Shown here: one piece after another, positions 30,663 through 41,476 of the stretch | How positions within the stretch are numbered: position 1 is the stretch's first letter | How the letters are laid out: every line of letters starts with the position of its first letter | Origin: Spirochaetota bacterium | GTDB taxonomy: Bacteria; Spirochaetota; UBA12135; COTS27; CBDBHE01 | Length of the DNA: 64,000 nt | Assembly: GCA_965205605.1 (NCBI GenBank) | Contig: CBDBHE010000008.1 | Location: forward strand, 64,001-128,000 | Reading direction: 5' to 3' | Translations under genes and position numbers: made by a program | Notes under the pieces: generated by a model | Database searches by the model: none | Told to the model about the DNA's origin: nothing | What the model saw: the letters and a program-made list of their open reading frames with translations, nothing else

Positions 30663-31235
30663 TTAGAAATTTTTTTTAGCAAGACCTAAAAGAGAAATTT
30701 CATCTATAGAAAGATTAAGTTTTTTTGCTATTTCTCTATTAGAGATATTTTTTTTTTTAAAATAAAAAAGTTTTTCTTCCAAAGTCATTTTGTGAAAAGA
30801 CTCTTGTTCTTTTTCTTCTAAATAATTTTTTAAAGAAATTGATGAAGTTTTTAAATTTGAAACACCTCGATAAGCCTTTTGAACAGAAGAATCTTGAAGT
30901 TCTTTTTTATCTTTTTTTTGATCATTAAAAATAGATATTGTAGAATTATTTTGTTTATTTAATTTTTTATTAACAAATTCTCCCTTTAAAAAGTATTCTT
31001 TTTTTTTTATATTTAATTTTTCTTCAATAATTTTTACTATTTTTTTATTTTCTTCAATTTTATCTTCTATTAAAGAAATATTTCTATCAGCATACTTGTT
31101 AAAAGAAATAATCAAAAGGTCAAGTTCATTTTTAATATCTTGCGTAAGAATCTCTTTTTTAATTTTGTTTTTAAAAAAAAACAAAAAACCAAAATTAACA
31201 ATAAGTTGAAAAATAATTATTAAAAAATAAATCAT
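30663..31235 (-). CDS. Conserved hypothetical membrane protein with C-terminal HTH-like motif
   Basis: N-terminal TM, coiled coil 'FNKYADRNISLIEDKI', C-terminal 'SNREIAKKLNLSIDEI'; typical position downstream of fapA. Confidence 0.65.
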   Translation of the reverse strand: MIYFLIIIFQLIVNFGFLFFFKNKIKKEILTQDIKNELDLLIISFNKYADRNISLIEDKIEENKKIVKIIEEKLNIKKKEYFLKGEFVNKKLNKQNNSTISIFNDQKKDKKELQDSSVQKAYRGVSNLKTSSISLKNYLEEKEQESFHKMTLEEKLFYFKKKNISNREIAKKLNLSIDEISLLGLAKKNF

Positions 31236-31552
31236 TAGTATTCTTTAATATCTAAAAAGTTTCCTTTATATTTTTCATCTCGCTTATCTTTTTCATCTGT
31301 AGTTTTATCTTCTTCTTTTTTATTGTTACTTTTGGATTTTTTTTTTTCATCACTTAACTTAAGACTTCCTACAACATTTTTATCCACTTGAGTTTTATCA
31401 ACTTCAACAATAATATTTTCTCTTTTTAATTCTATTTTTTGATCTTTAGCTATTTTTTCATCCCTTCTTTTAACTTTGTTTTGTAGTTCTCTTTTAGAAA
31501 CACTGCTTGTTTGCTTTAATAAAAGTTGTAAATCAATAGGTCTAAGAGACAT
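31235..31552 (-). CDS. Conserved hypothetical protein in flagellar operon
   Basis: 'MSLRPIDLQ' N-terminus and 'KGNFLDI' C-terminus, typical of the small gene following fapA. Confidence 0.7.
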   Translation of the reverse strand: MSLRPIDLQLLLKQTSSVSKRELQNKVKRRDEKIAKDQKIELKRENIIVEVDKTQVDKNVVGSLKLSDEKKKSKSNNKKEEDKTTDEKDKRDEKYKGNFLDIKEY

Positions 31553-31558
31553 TAAATA

Positions 31559-33550
31559 TCACCTTTTTCTTCTTCTTGATTTGATAGCTTCAAGCTTAAC
31601 ATATTCTGGATTTTCAATGTCTTGTATATATTTAGAAGCTCCTTGATCTCTTTTATTTTCTAAAATAGCTGTGTTACAAATCAAAGTAACCCCAACCATC
31701 ATTCTTGATAAAACAGTCACACTTCCCTCCTCTTCAGAATTTTCAATTGCCATTTTTATCTGTTCTAATTTTTCTTTATTTTGAACATGGTTTTCTTCTA
31801 AAGAATTAAGTTTATTTTGAAACTCTTTAAGTTTTAATTGTTTTTCTTCACCGTCTTCTTGCTGGTTTTCAAGATTTTTAATATCCAATTCGAAAGCTCT
31901 TTTTTGATCATCATATTGTTCAATTAATTTTGTGTATTTGTTAAAGCCAATCCTAATTTGAGGCAAAACTCCTACATAGACTTCTGTTTTTGCTCCAGCA
32001 ACAGCTCCAAGAGAACGACAAAAAACTTCTTTTAAAGCTCTTATGACACCCCCTGTAATTCCTGCTTTTTTACCTTTTAAAAATAATGACTCATCTGTAT
32101 TAACTTCACAATTAATCACAGACTCTGCAACTAAAACTTCTTTTTTTGATCTTACATAGCAGTCTTGTAAATATTTAGCCCTCACAGATCCTGATGTACT
32201 CACTAATTTTCCAGAAGACTTCCCATTAACCCCTAAAAAAATAGTAATATCCCCTACGGCTTCTATATAACAATTACCAACATTTTTTTTAATTTCAATG
32301 TTACCACCTGATTTAATATTATATCCATCTAAAACAGACCTATTAACAACCACCGAACTTAAACTAGTAATATGCCCTGTTTGAGGGCCTACATCTCCTT
32401 GTACAACATAAACATCCTTAACATGAAATACTTTTCCTTTTTCAACCACATGACCTGTTACACTAGCCTTCAAATAACGACCATTTGAAGCAACATAAGT
32501 ATTTTCTCCACTCTCTAATTGAAATTCTTTCCCTTCAACACAACTAACAATTTCACCATAAACACTCATGCCATCTTTTCCTTTTTGGGGCATAATTTTT
32601 TCTAAAATAATCTGATCTTTGACAACACTAACAACCGTACTAACTTCTTTAAAATCAATATTTTCATCATCAGAAATATTACCAAAATCAATCTTATTTT
32701 TAAGCTTTAATTTATTAATTAATTGAGCCCCTTTCCCTGCAACCGGTTTTATTCCTTCTGCAACAAGTTGAGGAATATTATAGTTTTTCATTTTTAAAAC
32801 AGATTCAATTTTCTTATCATCAAATCCATAAACAACATGCCTTTCATCAAACAAATTTTTTATATCTTCAAGATCGATTTCTCTTCCATCTAATTTAGGG
32901 GGAATAATTCGAATAAAAGCTTGCATTCTATTACTTGAAACCTCTAAATAAACTTTCCCATCTTTTAGTGGATCAAACGACCAATCTCCTATTTTTTCTA
33001 ATTTTCCTTTAGATTTTTTTAAAATTAGCTTAAGCATCCTAAGATCAGCATTTTCAATACCTTTTTGACTTAATTTTTGAAGCATCATGGCTTCTGTGAC
33101 TTTTTTACCTTTGCCTTTAGGAGGGTGGACTGCTATATATTTCCCTTGTCTTGTAACAACGATTTCTATTTTTCCATTAAAATTTTTAGATTTTTTCTGC
33201 ATATCAAAATCACTGAAATTTTCAGATCCCCACTCACTTCCAGAAAAATCTTCAGCTCCTTTAGAATGAAATATAAATTTAAAAGGTTTTGACTTCATTC
33301 CAAATAAACCCTTACTTCCTCTTTCAATGATCTCATAATCAAGACGACTAATATCAACTCCTAACTGTTTAGATGCTACCTCAGAAGCAGACTCAATACT
33401 ATCAGCAACAACTTCCAATCTAGAAGACTGATCAATGCTGATGAGTTTATCTTTACCATATTTTGTTTCAAAAAGAGCTCTTAAATTATCAAACTCTTTT
33501 AAATTAACTAAATTTAACTTATTTTGACTTAAATATTCTTTAAAATCCAA
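31559..33550 (-). CDS. fapA: FapA/DUF342 family protein with N-terminal Jag_N-like domain
   Basis: 'EVVADSIESA...LG....LDYEIIERGSKGLFGM' (Jag_N-like); 'GDVG..TG.I', 'GG.I.A' DUF342 beta-helix; follows fliA. Confidence 0.82.
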   Translation of the reverse strand: MDFKEYLSQNKLNLVNLKEFDNLRALFETKYGKDKLISIDQSSRLEVVADSIESASEVASKQLGVDISRLDYEIIERGSKGLFGMKSKPFKFIFHSKGAEDFSGSEWGSENFSDFDMQKKSKNFNGKIEIVVTRQGKYIAVHPPKGKGKKVTEAMMLQKLSQKGIENADLRMLKLILKKSKGKLEKIGDWSFDPLKDGKVYLEVSSNRMQAFIRIIPPKLDGREIDLEDIKNLFDERHVVYGFDDKKIESVLKMKNYNIPQLVAEGIKPVAGKGAQLINKLKLKNKIDFGNISDDENIDFKEVSTVVSVVKDQIILEKIMPQKGKDGMSVYGEIVSCVEGKEFQLESGENTYVASNGRYLKASVTGHVVEKGKVFHVKDVYVVQGDVGPQTGHITSLSSVVVNRSVLDGYNIKSGGNIEIKKNVGNCYIEAVGDITIFLGVNGKSSGKLVSTSGSVRAKYLQDCYVRSKKEVLVAESVINCEVNTDESLFLKGKKAGITGGVIRALKEVFCRSLGAVAGAKTEVYVGVLPQIRIGFNKYTKLIEQYDDQKRAFELDIKNLENQQEDGEEKQLKLKEFQNKLNSLEENHVQNKEKLEQIKMAIENSEEEGSVTVLSRMMVGVTLICNTAILENKRDQGASKYIQDIENPEYVKLEAIKSRRRKR

Positions 33551-33563
33551 AAAAAATAAACCT

Positions 33564-34367
33564 CTATAACAATGATTTTTTAATATCTTCTAAATAAACT
33601 CTTAAATGCCTAATTGCTTTTGTATGAAGTTGAGAAATCCTTGATTCAGTGACATCTAAAACAGCCCCAATTTCTTTTAAAGTTAAATCTTCATAATAAT
33701 ATAAAATAAGGACCTTTTTTTCTCTTTCTGGTAATTTCTGAATTTCTTTTGCAATCGTTTTTTGAATCTCTGCTTTTTCAACAGTATTATAAGGATTTAA
33801 AGAACTAGGCGATTTTATCGTATCTTTAATAGAAACCTCATCATCTTCTTTACCCAAATACCAAACATCATCAAGAGAGCCAATTGTTGAATCATTTGCC
33901 ATATTAGTAATTCGTTCAACTTCAGATAAACTAATTCCTGTTTTTTCAACTAGTTCTTCATTTGTTATTTTTTTATTATATTCTTCTTGATATTTCTTTC
34001 GAATTTCCTCCATGAGCTTAAATTTCTGTCTAACCGATCTTGGCACCCAATCTAAGTTTCTAAGTTCATCATAAATTTGCCCTCTAATACGAGTAATCCC
34101 ATAAGTTTTAAATTTTGTTCCTTTGCTAGGATCATATTTTTCAATCGCATCTAAAAGTCCAAACGTGCCAAATCCTACCAAGTCTTCAAATTCTATATTA
34201 TCTGGAATATTAAAAGCAACTTTTCCAGCCACATATTTAACTAAAGGAGAGTATTTAATAACAAAAAAATGTCGATATTCTTCCTTACTAGTTTTACGAT
34301 ATTCTTTCCAAATTTCAATCTCCCCCTCTTCACTAATATTTAAATCTAATTTAATTTTAACACTCAT
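33564..34367 (-). CDS. fliA: RNA polymerase sigma-28 factor FliA/WhiG
   Basis: 'YSPLVKYVA', 'GLLDAIEKYD', 'DELRNLDWVPRSVR', 'YYYEDLTLKEIG.VL.VTESRISQLH'. Confidence 0.96.
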   Translation of the reverse strand: MSVKIKLDLNISEEGEIEIWKEYRKTSKEEYRHFFVIKYSPLVKYVAGKVAFNIPDNIEFEDLVGFGTFGLLDAIEKYDPSKGTKFKTYGITRIRGQIYDELRNLDWVPRSVRQKFKLMEEIRKKYQEEYNKKITNEELVEKTGISLSEVERITNMANDSTIGSLDDVWYLGKEDDEVSIKDTIKSPSSLNPYNTVEKAEIQKTIAKEIQKLPEREKKVLILYYYEDLTLKEIGAVLDVTESRISQLHTKAIRHLRVYLEDIKKSLL

Positions 34368-34383
34368 TTTCTATCCTTAATAT

Positions 34384-34872
34384 TTACTTATTCATTACTC
34401 TTCTAACAGCTTTAGCCAAAGTAGTGTCTTCTTCTTTTTCTATTCTTTCCATCTCTTGATTCACTTTAGGTTTTATTTTAATTCCTTCTTTCAATGAAGA
34501 ATTAGTCGATTGAGATTTAGAAGAAAATCCTTGCTCTATACCTTCTAAGTTAAAATCTACTTGATTAGTCTTGCTTGTAGAAATATTATTTTCTAAATTA
34601 TCTTCACTAATTGTAATATCAACTTCTTCACCTTTGTTTGGATCTTTACTCTCACTATCTTTTTGATGTGAAGAAAACATAGCATTATAAATTTCAGGAA
34701 CATAACGTTCTAAAAAATACATGATTGCTATAAATAACCCTGTCCAGAGAAATCCAGTTATTAGTGGTTTTAAAATCAAGGCTAAAAAATTACTAAAAAA
34801 TAATATCTGCAGTAAAAAAGAAAAACAAGAAAGAAAGCCTCCAACGTAAAAAGGGATTTTATTTTTAAACAT
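34384..34872 (-). CDS. Hypothetical membrane protein between flhG and fliA
   Basis: Two N-terminal TMs, 'LERYVPE', C-terminal 'LAKAVRRVM'. Confidence 0.65.
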   Translation of the reverse strand: MFKNKIPFYVGGFLSCFSFLLQILFFSNFLALILKPLITGFLWTGLFIAIMYFLERYVPEIYNAMFSSHQKDSESKDPNKGEEVDITISEDNLENNISTSKTNQVDFNLEGIEQGFSSKSQSTNSSLKEGIKIKPKVNQEMERIEKEEDTTLAKAVRRVMNK

Positions 34873-34901
34873 TATTTAAATTTTTCAACTCCTTAAAATG
34901 A

Positions 34902-35786
34902 TTAAAAAGTACTAAATATCCTACTTAAAAAACTCTTCTTCTTTTGTTCTAAAAAAAAGTCATTATCTAATTTTTTTAAAAGATTGTCACTTAAATCCTT
35001 AATTGAAACAGAGCATTTTGCTTCTTTATTAAAACAAACATATGGAATTCTTTTATAAAGAGCACGAGTAACGATTTCATCTTGAAAAACCATTCCCACA
35101 TAATCAATAGAAACTTTCAAGTATTTAAGTGAAATATCTTTGATTTTTTTACTTACTTCCTGACCTTCTTTAATAGAATCAACCCGATTAACAATTAAAT
35201 TAATATTAGCAATATTTGATTTTAAAGATAACACCTTAATCATCCCATAAGCATCAGTAATAGCTGTTGGTTCAGGTGTTGTGACCACAAGTACCATATT
35301 TGCTAACCTCAAAAAAGAAATAACATTATCAGATATCCCTGCACTCAAATCAATTATAATCAAATTATAATCTTTTAAATAGCTTAACTGTCCCATTAAA
35401 AGCATTTTTTCTTCATTTGCTAAATTAGAAAGCTCATGGAATCCAGTCCCCCCAGAAATAATATCTAAATTATACTTTGTTTTACAGATGACTTCTTTTA
35501 AAGAACGTTCTCCTTTAAAAACATCATAAAGATTATATTTTGGTACAGCCCCTAAAAGAATATTGACATTTGAAAGACCAAGATCAGCATCAAAAACAAG
35601 TGTTTTTTTATGTCGAGAAAACAAAATTCCCAAATTAACTGCCAAACTTGTTTTTCCAACTCCTCCTTTTCCAGAAGCAATCGCAATGACTTTTTGATTG
35701 ACTTGACGCTGATCAATAAGTTTTGAATATTCTGCTTTTCTTTTTTGCTCAACGATCTTTTTTAAAATAGCTGCTTGATTAATCAT
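34902..35786 (-). CDS. flhG: Flagellar number regulator FlhG (MinD/ParA ATPase)
   Basis: 'SGKGGVGKT', 'DADLGLSNV', 'TTPEPTAITDAY'; follows flhF; ATG 35786 with upstream AAGGAG. Confidence 0.93.
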   Translation of the reverse strand: MINQAAILKKIVEQKRKAEYSKLIDQRQVNQKVIAIASGKGGVGKTSLAVNLGILFSRHKKTLVFDADLGLSNVNILLGAVPKYNLYDVFKGERSLKEVICKTKYNLDIISGGTGFHELSNLANEEKMLLMGQLSYLKDYNLIIIDLSAGISDNVISFLRLANMVLVVTTPEPTAITDAYGMIKVLSLKSNIANINLIVNRVDSIKEGQEVSKKIKDISLKYLKVSIDYVGMVFQDEIVTRALYKRIPYVCFNKEAKCSVSIKDLSDNLLKKLDNDFFLEQKKKSFLSRIFSTF

Positions 35787-37051
35787 ATCCACTCCTTTAA
35801 AAGAAGCTCTTCTAATAAAGAAGCTTCCAGCAATAAAATATCATTTGGGACATCTTGACCGTTGGTTAAAAAAGAAAGAGGGACTTTTAATTCGTAAGCC
35901 ATACTTAAAACAGAACCTAAACTATAAGATTCGTCTGTTTTAGTGATCAATAAGCGATCAAAATTAGTATTTGAAAAAGGGTCAACGATTTTCAGGAGAT
36001 CATTATAACGAAAAGAAGCGTTTAAACAAAGATAAACTTCTTTTGGATACCCTAAAAAATTTACAAAATCACTAAGTTCTTCTAAATGAAGTTTGTCATG
36101 TTGACTGGTACCTGCGGTATCAATAAAAATTAATTGTTTATTAATATATTTTTTAACTAATTTTTGAAGTTCATCTTTTTCATAAAGTACACTAAAAGGC
36201 ACCCCCATAATATGAGCATATTTTTCAAGTTGAGCAGTTGCCATGATTCTTCTAATATCAAAGGTAGCCATAACAATAGATTTGCTTTCTTTGACATAAA
36301 GCCTTGAAGCGATTTTAGCCAAAGTCGTTGTTTTCCCTACGCCTGTGGGGCCTACAAAAAAAAGAATGTTTGGATTAGCCGAATAAATTTTAACATCTCT
36401 CATGTATTCATATTGATGGCTAATAAAAGAAGCTAATTTTTTTTTATTTTCTTTAAAAGACACATCATTCAAATCCATTTTTTGACTGATTTCAAAAGCA
36501 AATTTTTTACTAAAATCTCGCTCTATTAAAAAATTAAAAACATTACTTTTTTTTACTTGAATCGTATCTAACAAATTGTCTTTTTTCTCTTTTTTTATCG
36601 ATTCTTTTTTTTCCAAAAATTCATCTTGATTTAAAATAAAATTAGATTCTTTTTTTTGTCTACCAAAGTTTTCTTTTTTAACAGCGATCATTTCTTGAAG
36701 CTGACTTAATTTTTTACTTCTTTCTTGAAAGTAAGTTTTATTAAACAAATCTTTTTCTCTATTTTCATACCCTTCTAACATTTCTTGCAAAAAATCATTA
36801 GAATTTATTTTTTTATTGGTTTTGATTAAATTTTCTTGTGATTTAAAAGGTAAATAATGATTTGTTTTCTTATAAGCAAGATTATCTAAAATTCCTGCTT
36901 GTATTTCAACAAAACGTTCTTTTTTTAAACCAAAAAATTTAGATTTCACAATATCATTTCTTTTTAAGATATAAGCATTAATCCCAAGAGTCATAATCAT
37001 TTTTTTCTTAGCTTCTTCAAAATTTTTAGCTACAAATCTTTTATATTCCAT
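35783..37051 (-). CDS. flhF: Flagellar biosynthesis GTPase FlhF
   Basis: 'VGPTGVGKTTTLAKIA', 'IDTAG', 'TKTDE', 'TNGQDVP.DI'; likely start ATG 37051. Confidence 0.95.
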   Translation of the reverse strand: MEYKRFVAKNFEEAKKKMIMTLGINAYILKRNDIVKSKFFGLKKERFVEIQAGILDNLAYKKTNHYLPFKSQENLIKTNKKINSNDFLQEMLEGYENREKDLFNKTYFQERSKKLSQLQEMIAVKKENFGRQKKESNFILNQDEFLEKKESIKKEKKDNLLDTIQVKKSNVFNFLIERDFSKKFAFEISQKMDLNDVSFKENKKKLASFISHQYEYMRDVKIYSANPNILFFVGPTGVGKTTTLAKIASRLYVKESKSIVMATFDIRRIMATAQLEKYAHIMGVPFSVLYEKDELQKLVKKYINKQLIFIDTAGTSQHDKLHLEELSDFVNFLGYPKEVYLCLNASFRYNDLLKIVDPFSNTNFDRLLITKTDESYSLGSVLSMAYELKVPLSFLTNGQDVPNDILLLEASLLEELLLKEWI

Positions 37052-37074
37052 AAATATTTCCCTTTCTTTTTTTA

Positions 37075-39171
37075 TCAAAGCGTATAAACCACATTAATAT
37101 TATACCCATCTGCAACTTCATTTAAAGAAAGGATATTAAGATTTTTAAAATACCTAAACAAAAGATTTTTAAGAGGTTTTCTAAGCAAAGGGTCTACAAT
37201 CATCAAATCATCAAACCCTTTTTGACGCACTTCTTTAATAGCAACATCAATTCTATCAATAAACTTAGAAAGAATATCTGTTGATATGTTAAGCACACTT
37301 TGAGTTCCTTCCATTTCTGTAATACGATTTACAAGTTCATTTTCTAACTCAGGGGAAAAAACGATTCCATTTAAATTTTTTCCTTTATCTGCCAAACTAG
37401 CAGATATTTGTCTTTTTAATGTCGCTCTTACATACTCTGCAAGCATTTCATGTTCAGAAACAATAGAAGCATGATCACAAATGACTTCTAAAATCAAACT
37501 AATGTTTCTAATAGAAACTCTTTCTTTTAAAAGTTCTTTTAAGATTTTTTGGATATCCCCAACTTTAATTTGCAACTTATCCATTTCCTCTAAAAGGCTT
37601 GGATTTTTCTTTTTGATATTTTCTAAAATACTTTTCACTTCTTTTCTACCCATAATTTCATGGGCATTTCTTTTAATGACTTCTGTTAAGTGAGTGGCAA
37701 CAATTGTCGGCCCATCAACAACGGTAAATCCTTTTTTCTCCACATCTTCCTTTTCATTTTCTTCAATCCAATGTGCCCTGAGATCAAAAACAGGTTCTTT
37801 GATGACTTCCTTACCTTCTAAAATAGCTTCTGTTCCTGAAGTATTCATTGCCAAAAATTGATTAATTTTAATTGAAGAGCGCCCCACTTCTCCACCACTT
37901 ATTTTGATCACATATTCATCTGCTTCAAGTTGCATATTATCTGTAATGCGTAATTGAGGTACAATAACACCTAAGTCTAAAACAATTTGCTTTCTACTTT
38001 TTTTAATTCTCTCTAATAAATCACCACCCGATTTTTTATCTACTAAAGGAATCAATCCATAACCTAATTCAATCTCAAGTGGATCAACACTAACAAGATC
38101 TACCATTTTTTCAGGAGTAAACTCATCTTCTTGTTTAATTTCATCTGCTTCAGATTTTAGCTCTCCTTTAATTTCTTCTTCTCTTTTTTGTTTACTAATG
38201 TAATAACCTATATAAGTCATCAAACCAGAAGCCGATAAAAAAACCACCGTTGGAAAGCCTGGTATAAAACCAAGGACTCCCACAAAACCACCTGTAACAT
38301 ACAATATTTTAGGGTTGGTAAATAATTGATTCGATAAATCACTTCCCAAAGTACCCACAGAAACCGAACGTGTAACAACAACCCCTGTTGCCGTTGCCAC
38401 TAAAAGAGAAGGTATTTGAGAAACAAGTCCATCTCCAACTGCAAGCATGACATAACTTTGAAGAGCTTCTTGAAACCCTTCACTACGAACAACCATCCCT
38501 ACAACGATTCCTCCAATAATATTAACAAGAGTAATCACAATACCAAGACGTACATCTCCTGAAACAAATTTAGTAGCACCATCCATGTTTCCATAAAAAT
38601 CTGCCTCTTCTTGAATCGCTCTCCTTCTAGTAAGGGCTTCTTTTTCTGTAATAAGCCCTGCATTCAAATCTGCATCAATAGCCATTTGCTTCCCCGGTAA
38701 CGAATCCAACTTAAACCTGGCGCTCACTTCTGAAACCCTCGTTGCTCCTTTTGTAATGACCATAAACTGAGCCGCTGTGATAATAATAAATATAATAAAG
38801 CCAATCACATAACTCCCACCAACAACAAACTCTGCAAAAGTACGCACTACTTTTCCTTCAAAACCCGCCCCTTGTGTCAAAATAAGACGAGTCGATGAAA
38901 CATTAACTGCCAAGCGAAAAACAGTAGAAAACAAAAGAATCGTTGGAAAAACAGAAAATTCTAAAACTGATTTTGAATACATCGTTGTTAAAATAATCAT
39001 CAAAGCAGCTATCAAATTAACCAGCATTAAAAAATCTAAAAAAACAGTCGGTAATGGAATAATCAACATTGCCAAAACAAAAATAACCCCAATCGATAAA
39101 AGGATATCTTTATTTTTAACCAAACTTAAAATTGAATTATAGGAAAGAACATTCGTTGAACTTTGAGCCAT
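37075..39171 (-). CDS. flhA: Flagellar export protein FlhA
   Basis: 'LAVNVSSTRLIL', 'EVSARF.LDSLPGKQMAIDADLNAG', 'FYG.MDGATKFV', 'GDGLVSQIP'. Confidence 0.98.
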   Translation of the reverse strand: MAQSSTNVLSYNSILSLVKNKDILLSIGVIFVLAMLIIPLPTVFLDFLMLVNLIAALMIILTTMYSKSVLEFSVFPTILLFSTVFRLAVNVSSTRLILTQGAGFEGKVVRTFAEFVVGGSYVIGFIIFIIITAAQFMVITKGATRVSEVSARFKLDSLPGKQMAIDADLNAGLITEKEALTRRRAIQEEADFYGNMDGATKFVSGDVRLGIVITLVNIIGGIVVGMVVRSEGFQEALQSYVMLAVGDGLVSQIPSLLVATATGVVVTRSVSVGTLGSDLSNQLFTNPKILYVTGGFVGVLGFIPGFPTVVFLSASGLMTYIGYYISKQKREEEIKGELKSEADEIKQEDEFTPEKMVDLVSVDPLEIELGYGLIPLVDKKSGGDLLERIKKSRKQIVLDLGVIVPQLRITDNMQLEADEYVIKISGGEVGRSSIKINQFLAMNTSGTEAILEGKEVIKEPVFDLRAHWIEENEKEDVEKKGFTVVDGPTIVATHLTEVIKRNAHEIMGRKEVKSILENIKKKNPSLLEEMDKLQIKVGDIQKILKELLKERVSIRNISLILEVICDHASIVSEHEMLAEYVRATLKRQISASLADKGKNLNGIVFSPELENELVNRITEMEGTQSVLNISTDILSKFIDRIDVAIKEVRQKGFDDLMIVDPLLRKPLKNLLFRYFKNLNILSLNEVADGYNINVVYTL

Positions 39172-39196
39172 TGTTATTTTAAAACCTTCTTACTTT

Positions 39197-40384
39197 TTAA
39201 TTCCTTTTATATTTATTAAGTATTGATAAAATTTCAGCAACAGCCGCATAAAAGTCAGGAGGAATGTAATCATTGATATCCACGCTATTATAAAGTCCTC
39301 TTGCCAAAGGCTTGTTTTCAATAATTAAAATATTTTCTTCTTTAGCAATTTGTTTGATTTTTTGAGCCATCAAATCAACTCCCTTAGCAAGTAGTTTTGG
39401 AGCATTCATCAAAAAAGGGTCATAAGAAAGAGCACAAGCATAATGAGTAGGGTTTGTAATCACAACATCCGCATCCCTAGCCTCCTTTAACATATTACGA
39501 TTAGCAAGTTCTTTGGCTCTTTCTTTTTGCTTTTGTTTGATTTCAGGATTTCCTTCTAGTTCTTTCATTTCTTCTTTAATGTCTTCTTTAGACATTTTTA
39601 ATTGCTCTAGATATTCAGCTCTTTGAATAAACCAATCAGGTATAGCAATCATTAAAAAGAAAACTAAAGTTAATGAAACAAACTGAAACGTCCACTGGCT
39701 AGCTTTTACTAATGAAAATAACACTTCCCCTTTAACAAGAAGAACGATTTCCTCAAAGCGAAAAACAATAAAAAAATAACAAATTAGCCCTACAACAAAA
39801 ATCTTAAAATAAGACTTAATCAAATTAAAAACTTGTGTTCTAGAAAAAATAGTTTTTTTAACAAAATTATTCCAACTAATAGCCACTCGATTAAAATCAA
39901 GCCTAAGGCTTTTAGTTGAAACATGAAATCTTGTTTGTATCATCGTTCCCAAAACAACACTCACAATAGCAACAGCTCCAACTGGAAGCATTATTTTTAA
40001 GAAAAAAATAATATTTTTAGAAAATAAAACCTGAATACTTTCTTTTGAAACCTCTATTTGATTGGGATTGTATAAATAAAGAATAAAATACTCTCTAAAT
40101 TCATTTAAATAATAACTACTCATTAAAGCAACTAAGGAAAAAACAACAAACACTACAACTGACTGCGGTATTTCTTGAGTTAAAAAAACTCTTCCTTCTT
40201 CTTCTTTTGCCTTTTTCTTTTTTCTTTCAGTTGGCTCTTCTGTTCTTCCCTCATCTTCAGCTGCATGAAGAGATAAATCATAGTCAAAATGACCCAATTG
40301 AGCTAAATTTTTTAAAGAAGCCTTAAAGCTAGAAAATAAAAAAGGTTCTAATTTAATTAAATTAGTCTCTTCACTTGTTTTCAT
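39197..40384 (-). CDS. flhB: Flagellar export protein FlhB
   Basis: 'EDEGRTEEPTE', 'EGNPEIK', autocleavage motif 'TNPTH'. Confidence 0.97.
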   Translation of the reverse strand: MKTSEETNLIKLEPFLFSSFKASLKNLAQLGHFDYDLSLHAAEDEGRTEEPTERKKKKAKEEEGRVFLTQEIPQSVVVFVVFSLVALMSSYYLNEFREYFILYLYNPNQIEVSKESIQVLFSKNIIFFLKIMLPVGAVAIVSVVLGTMIQTRFHVSTKSLRLDFNRVAISWNNFVKKTIFSRTQVFNLIKSYFKIFVVGLICYFFIVFRFEEIVLLVKGEVLFSLVKASQWTFQFVSLTLVFFLMIAIPDWFIQRAEYLEQLKMSKEDIKEEMKELEGNPEIKQKQKERAKELANRNMLKEARDADVVITNPTHYACALSYDPFLMNAPKLLAKGVDLMAQKIKQIAKEENILIIENKPLARGLYNSVDINDYIPPDFYAAVAEILSILNKYKRN

Positions 40385-41160
40385 ATTTTTTTAAATCCCT
40401 CAAATAGTTTCATAATATCGTTGATCGTACTAAAAAAAGCACCTTCAAAAAAACCAACCACAAAAGGAAGAATCGCAATCACCATAATCAAACCAACCAT
40501 TAAATGAATCGGTAACCCTAAAATCATAATATTTGCTTGTGGAGCTGCTTTTCCAATAAGTCCCAACGCTACAACCACTATCAAAGAAGACACAATCACA
40601 GGAAGCGCTATTTTTAAAGCAAGTGTAAACATAATACCAAAATACTTAATGGCTTCATTCATAATAAGCTCTCCATTACCAATCATATCAACAGCCGGTA
40701 TTAATTTATAACTATCCACCACCACTTTGATCACTAAATGAACCCCCCCAATAATCAAAAACATCAACATAACAGCTGTATTGAAAAAATAACCAAACAA
40801 AGGCGTTTCTTCTTGCGTCAGAGGATCAATGATTTGAGACATCCCAAAGCCTACCTGCGTAGAAAAAAATTGTGTACTCAATTGAAAAGAAGTGAAAATA
40901 AGTAAAATAAAAAAACCAATCATCGCTCCTAATAAAAACTCTTTAACTAATATAATAAAATAAAGAAACATCGATTCTGGTAAATCTTTCAAATAAGTTG
41001 AAAGCCATGGAAAAACACAAAGAACAATAAAAAAAGCCAAAACTAAACGATAGCGCACTAGTAATACATTCGAACTAATAACAGGAGCAATAAAAAAAAT
41101 CGCACTCACCCGCATAAAAACAATGAGAAAAACTTGAAAAGAATGTAAAAAAAAATCCAT
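40381..41160 (-). CDS. fliR: Flagellar export protein FliR
   Basis: Multi-TM; 'QVGFG...IDP', 'KAAPQ.NI..LGLP'; between fliQ and flhB. Confidence 0.95.
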   Translation of the reverse strand: MDFFLHSFQVFLIVFMRVSAIFFIAPVISSNVLLVRYRLVLAFFIVLCVFPWLSTYLKDLPESMFLYFIILVKEFLLGAMIGFFILLIFTSFQLSTQFFSTQVGFGMSQIIDPLTQEETPLFGYFFNTAVMLMFLIIGGVHLVIKVVVDSYKLIPAVDMIGNGELIMNEAIKYFGIMFTLALKIALPVIVSSLIVVVALGLIGKAAPQANIMILGLPIHLMVGLIMVIAILPFVVGFFEGAFFSTINDIMKLFEGFKKI

Positions 41161-41172
41161 TGATTTCTCTCC

Positions 41173-41448
41173 CTATCCTCCTAAACCAATATTAGGGATT
41201 GTGCCAAAAAGATCCATGGTGTAATTTACTAACCTGCCAATAATAAAATAAGAAAAATAAATAAGAGATAATAAAATTACTACTATTTTAGGAACAAACG
41301 TAAGTGTCTGTTCTTGAATCGAAGTCGTTGTCTGAATAATAGAAATAATAAGCCCTATCCCCACACTTAAAACTAAAACAGGTCCTGACACAATGATAAT
41401 TACCATCACCGCTTCTCTTAAAAGATCAATTACACTAGAATCTGTCAT
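41173..41448 (-). CDS. fliQ: Flagellar export protein FliQ
   Basis: 'GLIISIIQTTTSIQEQTLTFVPK'; start ATG 41448 after a GAGGGAGAAGGA RBS-like stretch. Confidence 0.95.
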   Translation of the reverse strand: MTDSSVIDLLREAVMVIIIVSGPVLVLSVGIGLIISIIQTTTSIQEQTLTFVPKIVVILLSLIYFSYFIIGRLVNYTMDLFGTIPNIGLGG

Positions 41449-41476
41449 TCCTTCTCCCTCTCTGTTTTTTTCATCA